Notes under the pieces: model-generated
Seen by the model: the letters and a program-made list of their open reading frames with translations, nothing else
What the model was told of the DNA's origin: nothing
Database searches by the model: none
Program-made: the position numbers and the translations under genes
Part shown: positions 10,492 through 22,244 of the stretch, in pieces
Numbering within the stretch: the first letter of the stretch is position 1
Layout: every line of letters begins with the position of its first letter
Origin: a virus
Lineage: Duplodnaviria > Caudoviricetes
Virus record (IMG/VR): IMGVR_UViG_3300014205_006854
Location: 7,269-71,268 of that record
Direction: 5' to 3' (one strand)
Length of the DNA: 64,000 bases

Positions 10492-13400
10492 TTACTTACC
10501 AAATAATAACATTAAAACACCTTCAGCAGCTTGTGCTACTTCTGCAGTTCCAACACCACCATATGCTAATACAACACCAGCAGTATATCCTTCAGGTCCA
10601 CTATCTGGTCCACTCTTTGCAGTTTTAATAGCACTCTTCAAATATTCATTTCCACCAACATTAATTGGAACATGTAAAGCATATACTGAACCAATATCAA
10701 ACATAGCAATTAATAAATCTACTAAATCTTTAATTCTTTGAATAAATGATTTTATATAAGCAATTTTCTTTTGAATCAAATTGATAAAATTAATAATTGC
10801 TTGAGTCATTTTTTCGATAGAATTTAATAATGACTTTAAAAAATCTTCTAAATAATCTATTATTTCAAACAAAAATGGAAATAACTCTTTCATTGATTTA
10901 GTTCTATACCAATCTGGCGGATTTTTATATCCTGCTCTATTTGCTGTTTTAGAATATCCATCACATCTTTGCGCTGTTATTCCGTTTTGACAATAAACAG
11001 AATCATAAAATTCTATAAATGGTATATTTTCTGACGATGCACCTAATGTAAAATCTTCGTTAACTTTATATGCTATTCTTTTAGATATACCAGAATTTGA
11101 ACAACTTCCATTAACATTATAAAAACAACATCTATTCTCATATCCAGGACATAATGTCGTACCATTATCACATTCAATTGGTTGCCAATATGTTTTATTA
11201 AACAATGAATTAGTACATTTAAAATTCGATTCAAATCCAGCATAATATGAATAAGAACATTGTGCAGTAACATTATTAACATTTAAATAATCTGTTAAAG
11301 TGTTACTTTTTAATTGTACTCTACCTTTATATATATCTAAAATTTGATAATTTTCTTGTGATAATGGTATTGTTTTTTCAATGTCATCATCAATTGAATA
11401 TTTCAATTGTATTTGTAATGATGTCGCTTCTAAATTTGATTTTAAAGTAATAATAGGATCATTTTTAAGTGAACCAACATTAATAAGTTGATTTTTAATA
11501 CTTTCTTGTTTTCCAGAAAAACTTCTAATTTTGTATGTGACATCTAAATCATCATTTAATAAAAAGAAATTAGGTTTTAAAAATACTATAGTGCTATTTT
11601 CTTGAGAAAAATGATATTCATTTTTTGGAATTGAAAATATATCAGGATTTTCAGTTTTATTTTTTCTAGATATTGTTACATCTAAACTACTAGTTACAAT
11701 ATTTTTATTTTTTAATGATATCGCTTTTCCAGCTTTTATGTTTTCATATCTATTTACATCTATAGGTAATGATTCATTTTTTTCAACAGTATCACCACAA
11801 CTAAAATGTCTACATCTTGCTTCACCAGTTAAATTCTCTATAAATGTTGATTTTGGCATCAAAGCTATTTCTGCTGATTTTGGACCAATAGCATACAAAT
11901 TTTCATACTTAAATGCTAATCTTTCAATCTTGTTTCCAGCAGTATCATATTTAACAATGTCAATAAGATCGGAATATTTTTGTCCTAAAAGTTCTTCTTT
12001 TATTTTTTTATCATCCCCAACAGATGCTGAACATACAACATAATAATAAATTTTGTCATTTTGTAAAGGCGTTTTATTATTTGTTTTATCATCAAATACT
12101 AACTTTAAACCATCTGGTGAACCCATCAATTCTAAAATAGCACTAATACTACCAGAATCAAATATACTTCTTGACTCATCTTCACTTTTACCTGTAGCAA
12201 TCATTATAGATTCCCAAATAGTAGTAGTACCAACACATACATAATCACCAACTGCATATCCTGTCATTCTATCAGTCCAATATGCTTTTGTTTCTACACC
12301 ATTAACAATATAATCACAAGGAACAAATTCACCACCTTGAACTTCACTTCTAAAAATTACATAAGCATTAGGCAATGCACCTTCAGCTGCTGTAAATGTA
12401 ACTCTACATTTATCTTTTCCTGCAATGCCTGTAATACTAGACGGTGGATTAAAATTTACTTTAAATTCTAATTGAAATATTCTTGCCATTTTATAAATTT
12501 TCTGAATTAATGGAAAAATATTTCCGCTATCCATAGCCAATACTAAACAACCTGCTTTAGCATCAGCACTAAATTTTGGTCTATTAGTATCAGCAGGATC
12601 ATCAAGCGATGCACAAATTTTATTTATAAAAGCTTTGGATCCACCCTTAATAGAATTAAATCTATCACCTACTGCAAATTGCAATCCAGTTACATCTATT
12701 CCAGTAAATGCTTCCGGGGTTAAAGTAGGACTTATTTTAGATTCAGTAGGTAAAAGTGGTAAAAAATAAATTCCACTTGCTTCTAATTGTTTCTTTAATT
12801 GTTCTAAAATAGTAATTAATGCTTTTATCAACAATTTTGCAGGATCAGTTAAATCAATTATAAAAACTTTCACTGTCTCCAAAACTACATTTAATAATTC
12901 TAAAACAGTAACAAATACTCCTAAAATATCAGATAATCCTTCTGCTGTTTCCTTAATTTCCTTAGGTAATTGTAATGTAGCAACACTCCATTCTAAAATT
13001 CCTGCTACACCTTTTGCTTTTACTAAAATTTCATATGTTAACAAATTAGTATCATCAGTAGTAAATACTAAAACATCTTCTACTTTTTTTATTAAATGTG
13101 GATTAAAATTCAAATTAAAATTTTCTTGTGTTCCTGGTGCTATTATCTTTACAACATTTTCAGGCCATGCTGCACCAGCTGAAGTTGTTAATTTAAATTC
13201 TGGATAATTCTCTTCAAAATGATATCCAACATTCAAATTCGCTGTTCCCTCATTCTTTATCACAATAGTTCTTTGAGAAGACGTATCTACAGGTACTTCA
13301 GAAAAATCTATAAAATTAGGCTTTATATTAGCTTTAGGTAATTGTGCACCTGAACCAACAAGTCCTATCTGAACGTTAGGATTATTGATATCATTAGTCT

Positions 13401-15747
13401 GTAAATTTAAAGTTGCTGGATAACTTTGAACACTACTTGGAGTAAACGTAATACTCAATTCTTTAGATTCTTGCTGATTCAATAAAATATTTAACTCATC
13501 TAACACATAAGCTAAACTATTAACAGTAGCATTTATAGCTAATTGAGCTTCTCCAACATTTTTAATGGTCAATGTTTTTTGCAAAATTGTATTTATACTA
13601 ACAATTCCAAAATCAATTGGAGATAATGATGTTTCAATTTGTGAAGTTGATCCAATACCTGTAGCTTGTATTTTAATATCTGGAGTATCTAAATCATTAC
13701 TTGAAAATGTTATCTCACATTCTTCTTCTTGTAGTATAGTCGGTAAAAATTTTATAATAAATTCATATTCACCTTTTGGATCTATAATAAAATTATTCAT
13801 ATCAGAATAAAATTTATCATTAGGTGAAAATACAACACTATCTATAGTCAATATTCCATCACCAAGATTCAATATTTTTATTGTTTTGGTTGATAATTCA
13901 TTCAATGAAACATTTCCAAATTCAACTATTTTTTTATCAATACTAATATCAGGAGAAACACCATTAGCACTAATATTGACTAATTTGATAGGATTTGTAA
14001 AATCATCAGATTTTATTGTTAATACTGCATTATCGAGTCCAATAAATGTAGATTCATGTTTTATAGAAATAGTTTCAATTTTCGAAAAAGTCTTTGGAAA
14101 ATTATGACTTAAAATAAAATTTGGATTATCAATTAATACTTCTGTTACAGTTAATGGAATAGTATTCCCAGAAGAAATACTTAACGTTCCAGTTTTCTCT
14201 TCTCCAATATTTATATTGTTAAAATTAAATTCATCCTCTACTAATATTTTAGGTGATCCACCTTTTCCTTTTAAATCAACTTGTAAAGATGTTGCTAATA
14301 CAGAAACTATCAATATTCCATTGTTCTCTGTTTCATCAATAGCTACATATGAAATGTCAACATATTTTTTTTCTTTTGACTGAATAACAATAATATTATC
14401 ACTAGAAAATTGTGTCAAATTGCTATTTAATTCAACTGTTAAATCTATACTAGAATTATTTGTTATTGCTAATTTCTTTATTGCTTCACTACCTATTTTA
14501 TTAGTACCAAAATTTATAAAATTAGTATTAACTGAAATAGGGATTGTCGATACACCACTTAATGGAATTAAAATTGTAGATGAATCAGGATCATTACTAT
14601 TTATAATCAAATTTTCACTATATGAAGTAATTGTATCTGGAATAAAAGTGATAATTAAATCACTAAAAGAATTAGGATCTATAGAAACATTAGTTGGTAA
14701 AACAGTAAAAACAGAATTTGAACAACTTGCAACAACATTTAAAGAAACAGTACCTCTATTAAAAATTCTAACCTTTTTATTTGTGTTAGAAAAAAGTGCA
14801 ACACTTCCAAAATTTAAACTATTATCTTCTATTTCAATATTAGGTTCATATGAACCTTTACCACTCAAATCTATTTCTAAATTTCCTGTAGTAATATCAT
14901 TACTAAATATTGTTAATTTACCATTTAACTGTGTCGAATCTTCAGGTTTAAATTTAACTTTAATAATCGCTGTTTCATATTGTTGTAATACATAAGATGT
15001 TTCTGAATTTAAAGTAAATCCACTCGACACAACAACATTTGAAATAATTAGCTCTACACTACCATTATTAGATAATGTTACATCTAATTCCCTAAAATCA
15101 TTTATTGCCACACTTCCAAAATCTAATGATAATTTATCTGAAGCTATAATAGGCACTAAAGCATTAGCTGTTACATTTAAATCAACTATAGGTGTAAGAC
15201 TATTATTGTGAATAGAAATAACAGTTGCATAATTTCCAGAAAAAGCAGATAAAAATGTAACTTGTACTTTTGTTTCTTCTAGCGGTAAAATTGATGCAGT
15301 TGTTTTATTAACAGAAAATTTAGAATCACTACTAACAATATTAGAAATTTTCAATATTCCTTTTGATGAAATATTCTTAATAGTAAATTCTGCAGTTTTT
15401 GATTGATTTATAGCACTATTTCCTATTTCTAACAAAGTTGGAATAATACTTATCTCAGGCTTAATTCCAATTCCAACAACATTTAACTGTGAACTAACTA
15501 AACCTGCTGTTACTGTCACATTAGCAGAATATTGCTGAATCAACTGAGGTTTAAATTTGACAATAACATTTGCAGTCTTATTAGCTTTAACTAAAATAGA
15601 AATTGGAGAAACTAAAAAATTCAAATCATTTACTGAAATAGTTGCTGTAATATCATAATTAGAATCATTTATAACATTAAAATTTTTAATCAATTCTTCA
15701 TCTACTACCACTTCACCAAAATTTATTTTTGTAATTGATAATTTCAT
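10492..15747 (-). CDS. Large virion protein: nine N-terminal ASH/PapD-like (choice-of-anchor D) Ig repeats fused to a helical and Cys-rich C-terminal half
   Basis: Nine ~100-aa repeats starting [LI][DN]FGxVx[IV] with N.G...L.I and SND motifs; later CxxxxCG, C..C..CPGY clusters. Confidence 0.7.
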   Translation of the reverse strand: MKLSITKINFGEVVVDEELIKNFNVINDSNYDITATISVNDLNFLVSPISILVKANKTANVIVKFKPQLIQQYSANVTVTAGLVSSQLNVVGIGIKPEISIIPTLLEIGNSAINQSKTAEFTIKNISSKGILKISNIVSSDSKFSVNKTTASILPLEETKVQVTFLSAFSGNYATVISIHNNSLTPIVDLNVTANALVPIIASDKLSLDFGSVAINDFRELDVTLSNNGSVELIISNVVVSSGFTLNSETSYVLQQYETAIIKVKFKPEDSTQLNGKLTIFSNDITTGNLEIDLSGKGSYEPNIEIEDNSLNFGSVALFSNTNKKVRIFNRGTVSLNVVASCSNSVFTVLPTNVSIDPNSFSDLIITFIPDTITSYSENLIINSNDPDSSTILIPLSGVSTIPISVNTNFINFGTNKIGSEAIKKLAITNNSSIDLTVELNSNLTQFSSDNIIVIQSKEKKYVDISYVAIDETENNGILIVSVLATSLQVDLKGKGGSPKILVEDEFNFNNINIGEEKTGTLSISSGNTIPLTVTEVLIDNPNFILSHNFPKTFSKIETISIKHESTFIGLDNAVLTIKSDDFTNPIKLVNISANGVSPDISIDKKIVEFGNVSLNELSTKTIKILNLGDGILTIDSVVFSPNDKFYSDMNNFIIDPKGEYEFIIKFLPTILQEEECEITFSSNDLDTPDIKIQATGIGSTSQIETSLSPIDFGIVSINTILQKTLTIKNVGEAQLAINATVNSLAYVLDELNILLNQQESKELSITFTPSSVQSYPATLNLQTNDINNPNVQIGLVGSGAQLPKANIKPNFIDFSEVPVDTSSQRTIVIKNEGTANLNVGYHFEENYPEFKLTTSAGAAWPENVVKIIAPGTQENFNLNFNPHLIKKVEDVLVFTTDDTNLLTYEILVKAKGVAGILEWSVATLQLPKEIKETAEGLSDILGVFVTVLELLNVVLETVKVFIIDLTDPAKLLIKALITILEQLKKQLEASGIYFLPLLPTESKISPTLTPEAFTGIDVTGLQFAVGDRFNSIKGGSKAFINKICASLDDPADTNRPKFSADAKAGCLVLAMDSGNIFPLIQKIYKMARIFQLEFKVNFNPPSSITGIAGKDKCRVTFTAAEGALPNAYVIFRSEVQGGEFVPCDYIVNGVETKAYWTDRMTGYAVGDYVCVGTTTIWESIMIATGKSEDESRSIFDSGSISAILELMGSPDGLKLVFDDKTNNKTPLQNDKIYYYVVCSASVGDDKKIKEELLGQKYSDLIDIVKYDTAGNKIERLAFKYENLYAIGPKSAEIALMPKSTFIENLTGEARCRHFSCGDTVEKNESLPIDVNRYENIKAGKAISLKNKNIVTSSLDVTISRKNKTENPDIFSIPKNEYHFSQENSTIVFLKPNFFLLNDDLDVTYKIRSFSGKQESIKNQLINVGSLKNDPIITLKSNLEATSLQIQLKYSIDDDIEKTIPLSQENYQILDIYKGRVQLKSNTLTDYLNVNNVTAQCSYSYYAGFESNFKCTNSLFNKTYWQPIECDNGTTLCPGYENRCCFYNVNGSCSNSGISKRIAYKVNEDFTLGASSENIPFIEFYDSVYCQNGITAQRCDGYSKTANRAGYKNPPDWYRTKSMKELFPFLFEIIDYLEDFLKSLLNSIEKMTQAIINFINLIQKKIAYIKSFIQRIKDLVDLLIAMFDIGSVYALHVPINVGGNEYLKSAIKTAKSGPDSGPEGYTAGVVLAYGGVGTAEVAQAAEGVLMLLFGK

Positions 15748-15755
15748 ATACTTCC

Positions 15756-15959
15756 TTAACTTAATTCAGTAATTTTCTTTTTAATTTCCTGTAACTTAAC
15801 ATCTGAATCACTAACAACACCCATTGTTTGCAATGTATCTAACTTTTTAGATATTTCTTTCATCTCTACTTTCACAATTTCTTTAGTCAACCTTTGTATT
15901 TCTTCTGCAAAATCTTGAATAGCAAATCGATTCTTTTTATTCCAATTAAGTTCTTCCAT
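15756..15959 (-). CDS. Small hypothetical coiled-coil protein
   Basis: 67-aa ORF with AAGG RBS, tightly packed between two large genes. Confidence 0.65.
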   Translation of the reverse strand: MEELNWNKKNRFAIQDFAEEIQRLTKEIVKVEMKEISKKLDTLQTMGVVSDSDVKLQEIKKKITELS

Positions 15960-15974
15960 TTAATTACCTTAATT

Positions 15975-18900
15975 TTAAATTAATAAATCATCTATATAAT
16001 CTATTTGTACTTGATTCGCTGCTATCAACTGATTATTCTGATCTATCTCATTATACTTATTTCCAATTTTAACATATGAACCTGTTCTCTTATTCAAACG
16101 TTGTTGTACTGGTGGAATTCTTGATTCATATAATGTATCAGTTAATTCAGTATTAATTAAATAATTTTCTCTTGCTTCAATCTCAATAATTCTACTATCT
16201 ATTTTACTATCTCTACCAGAAAATATTGTTTGTCTAGTATTAATTTCAGAATAATTTATAGTTGAATAATTTATAGTAACATTTCCTTTATCTGTTCTCC
16301 ATGCTCTTTTAGCTTCATATACTACTGGATCTAAAATTTCTTCATTACCAAAATTAGGCATTGTAATAACTTCACAATCAATAATCTCATTAGAAGTATC
16401 ATTTTCATCATTATCTTCAAATCCTAATTTATTTTTAGCTGTACAACTTAAAACTTTTATACTTGAATCTACACCTTCATTTGTACTATATAATTTTAAA
16501 TGATTTGTAGATGCATCAGCAACATAAGCAATAACTGAATCTATTTTAGTTTTAACTTCTAATGGAGTAACAAACTTATTATTAACAAAATCTCCAGTAC
16601 CAGCTGTAGCAATTGCACCTTCACCACTTGTCAATTTTAAATTTTCTGCAGTAGTATCAGTTCCCGATGTAGATACTAAAACAGAAGAACCTGTACCTTG
16701 TGTTCCTGATGTCAATACATACTTCAAACCATTATGTACACAAGTAAATCCCAAAAACGCAGCTCTTAATTTAATATCTGTAGGTGCTTGTTTTCTAACC
16801 TCTAATTGAATCTTTTCTGCAATTTCTTCACTTGTCAATTGCATACCTATTTCTATAGGATAAGATGTACTTCCATTCAAACTTATCAAAATTTCAGATG
16901 TTGCAGATAATAATCTTGTAAACGGTCTAGTTCCAGATTCTAATGTTCCAACTGTACAAGCAAAAACAACAGAATACTGATCAACAACATCTACTTCTAA
17001 TAATAGCTCATCATCATTTTCTAACATATAATAATTAGGTATTCTACTCATCAACATTGCTCTAGATACGTTTGCAATATAATGCTCATTAACATTAATA
17101 AGTGCAAGTAAATCAGGTATTGTCATTGTTCCATTTAACACTATATCCATATCTTTTCTATTTCCAGTAGACCAATATAAATATGCTGTTAAATTAGTAT
17201 TTGTTTTAGTCAATCTACAAGATGTTACATCATGACCATTTTCTTGTGTCTGTGTATCAAACTTTAAAATAGGTGCAGCATTTCTAGTTTTAACTTTTCC
17301 ATCACTAACAAATGATAATGCATTCATTTTATCTAAAGCAAAAAATCCTAAAACATTACAAATAGAATTAGAACTAGAAGGTCCGGAAGCAAATAACAAA
17401 TTACTCAACACAGGAAAAGAAATTGTCATTTTATCAGTGATAGAATTAAAAGATACTGTAATTACCGGCAAACTTGGTAAAATAGCTTCATTCATTCTTG
17501 TTTGTATTTCTGTTGCTAAATCAGTTCCATTATAAAATCCAGGAGTAATTATAGCTGTGTATATCGTGGAATCAGCAACTTCTTTAAAATCTATACCATC
17601 ATTCACACCAGATTCTATCTTAATTGTTTTATCTGAAACAAAAACTGAAGAACCACTACCAACTGTTCCTGAAACTATTCTCAACATGTTAGTAAAATTT
17701 TGCCATACTGCAGATTCATTATAAGTACATAACACATCAGAATAAATCAAATTCAATTTAGTCTGAATTTCTAATGCAATAGCATTTCCTGCATAAGTAT
17801 TTTGTGTAATAACAATAGGTTCTTGTGAATCATCACCATCAATATCAACTTTCAATAAATCTTTTCCATCATCACCATAATTAGTTCCTAAAGCAAATCC
17901 TAATATTGTTCTTGCACTACCTCCAGTAATCTGTATAGATGCTATTGATCCGGTAAGCACAGATGTCATTTTTAAATAACCAGAATTATTAAGAAAAGTC
18001 ATTCCTGTAAAACCACTAGTAAATAGAGTAACTAACTCATTTACTGTTACAACATCTATATTTCCTACATTTCCAGTTCCATCACTTGTAGTGGTTGCAG
18101 AAAAACCAATCATTACTAAAAAATCATCATTAATTCCTTGATGAACACCAATTGATGATGTATTACCTCTTCTAAATACAGAAAACTTAAATGCATCAGA
18201 TACAGTATATTCAACTAATGCATTTGAAGGTGAAAAAGTAGAATTAATTATTGATTGTAATTGACTAACTATTTGTGCTGCTGTATATCTTCCTTGTGGA
18301 AATGTCAATATTCCTGAAATAACAGAATTAACTTCTAATGAAAATTTATCATTAACATTTGTTACTACTACAAAAATACAATCATTTTCAGATGTATAAC
18401 TCAATGAACCTGTCTTATCAGTAGTATCATTAAATCCTATTGTATATGCAACTGATTTTGATTTATTAACACCAGAATTAAATAATAGTGAAAAATCAGA
18501 TAAATAAGATGTTATAGTAAATCTATTCGGCACTGTACCGTAATTAACTATATAATCCGTTTGAGTAATATCTAATTGATTATTAATTTCTGTAGCTAAT
18601 CCTTGACCACTGTAATTTCCAGGAGTAAGAATTATTGTATTATTAGATGTACCATCATAATAATCTAAATGATCATTAACACCTGCTTTTATTACAAATC
18701 TTGACGTTATTGTACTACCTTGTATTGGATTAGCTACTGTTGCAGTAAAAGTAACTGATTGTTCTACTAAACTATTTACTTTTAATTTTAAATCATCATT
18801 AGGTTCTAAATTAAATGGTGACAAAATAGTATTTTGATAAACAGCTGGTAAATCGCCAGGTATAACATAATTTCCAGCATTTGCTGCAGAATATGTATAA

Positions 18901-21900
18901 CCTTCTGTTCCTACTCTACTATTAGTCACTGAAATAGCAGGTAATTTTTCAGGAATAAAATTCACAATTTGTTGATATAAACCTGATGGAGAATAACTTC
19001 CTGCTATATGTTTACTTGTACCAAATCTTACTAATGGAATTGGATTATTGTAAATTTTATTTGTTGCTAAAGCATCTAAAATTAATACTTCTGATCCTGC
19101 ATTAGTAAAACTAGAAAATGCTTGTGATTTCAATTGTAAACTTAATAATCCATTATCTCTTAAATATCTCAAATTATTTAAATTGGTTAATACACCAAAA
19201 GCACCATTTAATTCTTCTTCTATTTCATCTAATGGATTTTGTGGTGCAGTACCAACATCATCTTTATGATTTGAAAAAGCACCTCTTTGATTTAAAAGTG
19301 CTATTTGTTCTTGTTCACATTTTGCTATTTCTTTAAGTATTAATTCTTTCCAAGCGACTAGAAAAACTTCATTATCATATAAAACTAAATTTTCAATATT
19401 TGTAATATATTCTTCATCATTTACTAAATACGATTTTTCTAAAAGTTTTGCTGAAAATTCATCAACTGATTTATTTACTTTTAAAGGTTCACCATAAAAT
19501 TCTGGTGTAGCAGATAATGTAGGTCTCCATGCAGGATTAAAATAATCGGAATTAGAAAAATCTACTTGTCTATCTGAATAAATGTAATTTAAAAAATCTG
19601 TATCTGTTGTTTGATTAAATCCAATATAATACAAAATAGAATTTATAGAATCTTTCCCTGATACTGTTAATAATTTAAATGTCTGTGCACAACTAAATTC
19701 GAATTTTTTCCATCTTGATTTAAATATTACACTATATGTTCTTCCTAATTGAGATGTAGAATTCATAGCATCAGCAATTGCATCAGCTAACTCACCAGTA
19801 ACATATTCTCCATAATCTATACTGGCAATAACTTCTACATTTGATGTTTCACAAAAACTTAATTTACAATTAGAGCTATCTATCTTTATTTTACCATTAG
19901 GATAAAGTCTTGGCCATCCTCTTGAACCATAATCATAAATTAATGTGGATGGAACATTATAGCTTTGCCACAATGAATTAATATTAATTCCTGATTCCCT
20001 TAATAATAAAAATGAATAACAAATTCTATTTCCATCAATTATATTAGAAATTGATAATCCTTCAGTTATTAAATAATTTGTTAATGCTTGTACTGTAGGA
20101 TAATATTGTTCTTTTCCTTTTTCTTCTTGAGGAGGATTAAATCCTAATAATGTTCTTACATCTCTATTAGAATCTGATGCAGCTAATACTTCAACTTCTG
20201 AATTTAAACCATATGTACCTGAATAAATACAAAAAACTTGTTCTCTACTAAAATATTCACAAGTTGAATCAGTAAATCCTGCTAATCTTAATTGTGCTTG
20301 AATAGATTTTGCTACATCTTTTCCATTATTTATTCCTGAACAAAATAATGGTCCAACTTTAGTTGTACCTAAATATCCTAAATGTATACCACTACCACTC
20401 CACTGCGTACCATAATCATCATTATTTTCTCCTAAACTTGTATCTATCTCACATTTTCTAAAATCACCAATCTTTATTTCTGCAGTAGTGTCATCAATTT
20501 TAACATTCAATAAATTATTAGCATATTTACCATCAATTTCAAATGGAATATCAAATCCCATATCATTTGCTAAATCTGTTGAATTATCAATTGAAACTGT
20601 TGAATTAGGTCCACCAGTTCCTGAAAATACAGTAAATACTAACAATTGTGAATTAAATAAAATTCCACATTCTCTGAATCCACTTTCACGTAATATTAAA
20701 TGTGTTGAAAATCCCAATCTTAAATTCAAAGTATTATTTGTAACTTGAAATTTATTAAATGTATCTTTCAAAGATATTTTTATTCTTGTATCATCTTCTA
20801 CAGATTCAATATCAATTCCATTAATAGGATCTAAAACTGAAATAACTTCACTAATAGATAACATACCATTAACGTCTTCATTAAATCCAATGGTTGATAA
20901 AGGTGTGCCACTAACTTCTAATAATTGAAAATTATAATAACCAATAACATCACATTCTATAGTAATATTTCCGTCTATTGTTGGCAATGCATTTAATCCT
21001 ATTGAAGAAATAGAAATATTTAATTTATCACATAATTCTTGAGCTGTAAAAACCATTACTGGATTTATAGTAACAACATCAGGAGAAAACCCTAAAATTA
21101 AATTAGGAGATTTAAAACCATCAAAAATTTGAAAATAATGTGTTCCACCTTGTTGATTATGTGTTATTCTTATTCTACCACTTTCAACTACAGATTCAGG
21201 ATCAGGATCTTTATCAACAACTTCAGCTGTTACTCCAATCCAATCTCTATTTAAAACTGCAACTACTTCTTCTGGTGTTGCTGCACTCATATCAACAAAA
21301 TCTTCTTTATGAAATGTTGCTGTTTGTTGTTGTTGTCCATCTACTGATAATAACAAAGTAGATTCTTCACGCAAATTATAAATTGGCAAAGTATTTTCAG
21401 TATAAGCATATTCTTCAGAAATAAAAGAAACTGTTATTGTATTTGTTTCATTTTTAATGAACTGAATCGAATCACCATCTCTTAAACTAAATGATTCTGC
21501 ATTTTCTGATATGATTGACGTTTTAGTAGCCTTACTAAATACTTTTGTTGTAACTACATTATCAATAGTTATTTTAAAAGATTCACCTTCTAAAATACCA
21601 TAAGGTGGTTCTAAAGTATTTATCGTTTCAAGTATATCTATATTGTTTAAAATCCCTTGTATAGTACTTGCTAAAGTTTCACCAGCTAATGTTTGAGGTA
21701 ATGTTATCAATTCAGATAATTTTATTTCTTGAGTTTCATTATTTATTGTCAATTTAAAATTTTCATTAGTTAAATCAACATCAAAAATATTTGTTAATAA
21801 TACTTTTGATGTTGATGATCCATGACGGTCTCTTGACCATATATCAAAATTAGTTCCGCAAGGTGTACTTAATGAATATCCTCTAAATGGAACAATTGGT

Positions 21901-22244
21901 ACATCTAAATATTCAGCACCATTATGTTCTATTCTAAATCTTCCATCATAAATTTTTAAAGTTGAATTAGCTGCAGGATCTGAAATTGTAAAACAATCTT
22001 CTTGTAATGGCTGTTGTAATGATAATCCAGTTAAATATTTTAATTCTCGTTCAAATTCATAAATATCTTCGTGAACTTGATCTACTTGTTTTTTGAATGG
22101 AAGATCTTTTAAAATTAGTTTATTTATTGATGTTAAAGCTGTAGTATTAGATTCTTCAAGTTGAGAGTTTTGTTCAACTAATTCTTCTTTTGTATCTTCT
22201 AAAACATTTTCATCTCTTTGAATAAGCGGAATTATAAAAGACAT
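15975..22244 (-). CDS. Giant (2089 aa) putative tail/baseplate-associated protein with internal beta-rich repeats
   Basis: Repeated ...S(G)TxGxxSxVxV segments (e.g. IYSGTYGLNSEVEV, IVSGTVGSGSSVFV, LTSGTQGTGSSVLV); coiled-coil termini; position in baseplate cluster. Confidence 0.6.
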   Translation of the reverse strand: MSFIIPLIQRDENVLEDTKEELVEQNSQLEESNTTALTSINKLILKDLPFKKQVDQVHEDIYEFERELKYLTGLSLQQPLQEDCFTISDPAANSTLKIYDGRFRIEHNGAEYLDVPIVPFRGYSLSTPCGTNFDIWSRDRHGSSTSKVLLTNIFDVDLTNENFKLTINNETQEIKLSELITLPQTLAGETLASTIQGILNNIDILETINTLEPPYGILEGESFKITIDNVVTTKVFSKATKTSIISENAESFSLRDGDSIQFIKNETNTITVSFISEEYAYTENTLPIYNLREESTLLLSVDGQQQQTATFHKEDFVDMSAATPEEVVAVLNRDWIGVTAEVVDKDPDPESVVESGRIRITHNQQGGTHYFQIFDGFKSPNLILGFSPDVVTINPVMVFTAQELCDKLNISISSIGLNALPTIDGNITIECDVIGYYNFQLLEVSGTPLSTIGFNEDVNGMLSISEVISVLDPINGIDIESVEDDTRIKISLKDTFNKFQVTNNTLNLRLGFSTHLILRESGFRECGILFNSQLLVFTVFSGTGGPNSTVSIDNSTDLANDMGFDIPFEIDGKYANNLLNVKIDDTTAEIKIGDFRKCEIDTSLGENNDDYGTQWSGSGIHLGYLGTTKVGPLFCSGINNGKDVAKSIQAQLRLAGFTDSTCEYFSREQVFCIYSGTYGLNSEVEVLAASDSNRDVRTLLGFNPPQEEKGKEQYYPTVQALTNYLITEGLSISNIIDGNRICYSFLLLRESGININSLWQSYNVPSTLIYDYGSRGWPRLYPNGKIKIDSSNCKLSFCETSNVEVIASIDYGEYVTGELADAIADAMNSTSQLGRTYSVIFKSRWKKFEFSCAQTFKLLTVSGKDSINSILYYIGFNQTTDTDFLNYIYSDRQVDFSNSDYFNPAWRPTLSATPEFYGEPLKVNKSVDEFSAKLLEKSYLVNDEEYITNIENLVLYDNEVFLVAWKELILKEIAKCEQEQIALLNQRGAFSNHKDDVGTAPQNPLDEIEEELNGAFGVLTNLNNLRYLRDNGLLSLQLKSQAFSSFTNAGSEVLILDALATNKIYNNPIPLVRFGTSKHIAGSYSPSGLYQQIVNFIPEKLPAISVTNSRVGTEGYTYSAANAGNYVIPGDLPAVYQNTILSPFNLEPNDDLKLKVNSLVEQSVTFTATVANPIQGSTITSRFVIKAGVNDHLDYYDGTSNNTIILTPGNYSGQGLATEINNQLDITQTDYIVNYGTVPNRFTITSYLSDFSLLFNSGVNKSKSVAYTIGFNDTTDKTGSLSYTSENDCIFVVVTNVNDKFSLEVNSVISGILTFPQGRYTAAQIVSQLQSIINSTFSPSNALVEYTVSDAFKFSVFRRGNTSSIGVHQGINDDFLVMIGFSATTTSDGTGNVGNIDVVTVNELVTLFTSGFTGMTFLNNSGYLKMTSVLTGSIASIQITGGSARTILGFALGTNYGDDGKDLLKVDIDGDDSQEPIVITQNTYAGNAIALEIQTKLNLIYSDVLCTYNESAVWQNFTNMLRIVSGTVGSGSSVFVSDKTIKIESGVNDGIDFKEVADSTIYTAIITPGFYNGTDLATEIQTRMNEAILPSLPVITVSFNSITDKMTISFPVLSNLLFASGPSSSNSICNVLGFFALDKMNALSFVSDGKVKTRNAAPILKFDTQTQENGHDVTSCRLTKTNTNLTAYLYWSTGNRKDMDIVLNGTMTIPDLLALINVNEHYIANVSRAMLMSRIPNYYMLENDDELLLEVDVVDQYSVVFACTVGTLESGTRPFTRLLSATSEILISLNGSTSYPIEIGMQLTSEEIAEKIQLEVRKQAPTDIKLRAAFLGFTCVHNGLKYVLTSGTQGTGSSVLVSTSGTDTTAENLKLTSGEGAIATAGTGDFVNNKFVTPLEVKTKIDSVIAYVADASTNHLKLYSTNEGVDSSIKVLSCTAKNKLGFEDNDENDTSNEIIDCEVITMPNFGNEEILDPVVYEAKRAWRTDKGNVTINYSTINYSEINTRQTIFSGRDSKIDSRIIEIEARENYLINTELTDTLYESRIPPVQQRLNKRTGSYVKIGNKYNEIDQNNQLIAANQVQIDYIDDLLI

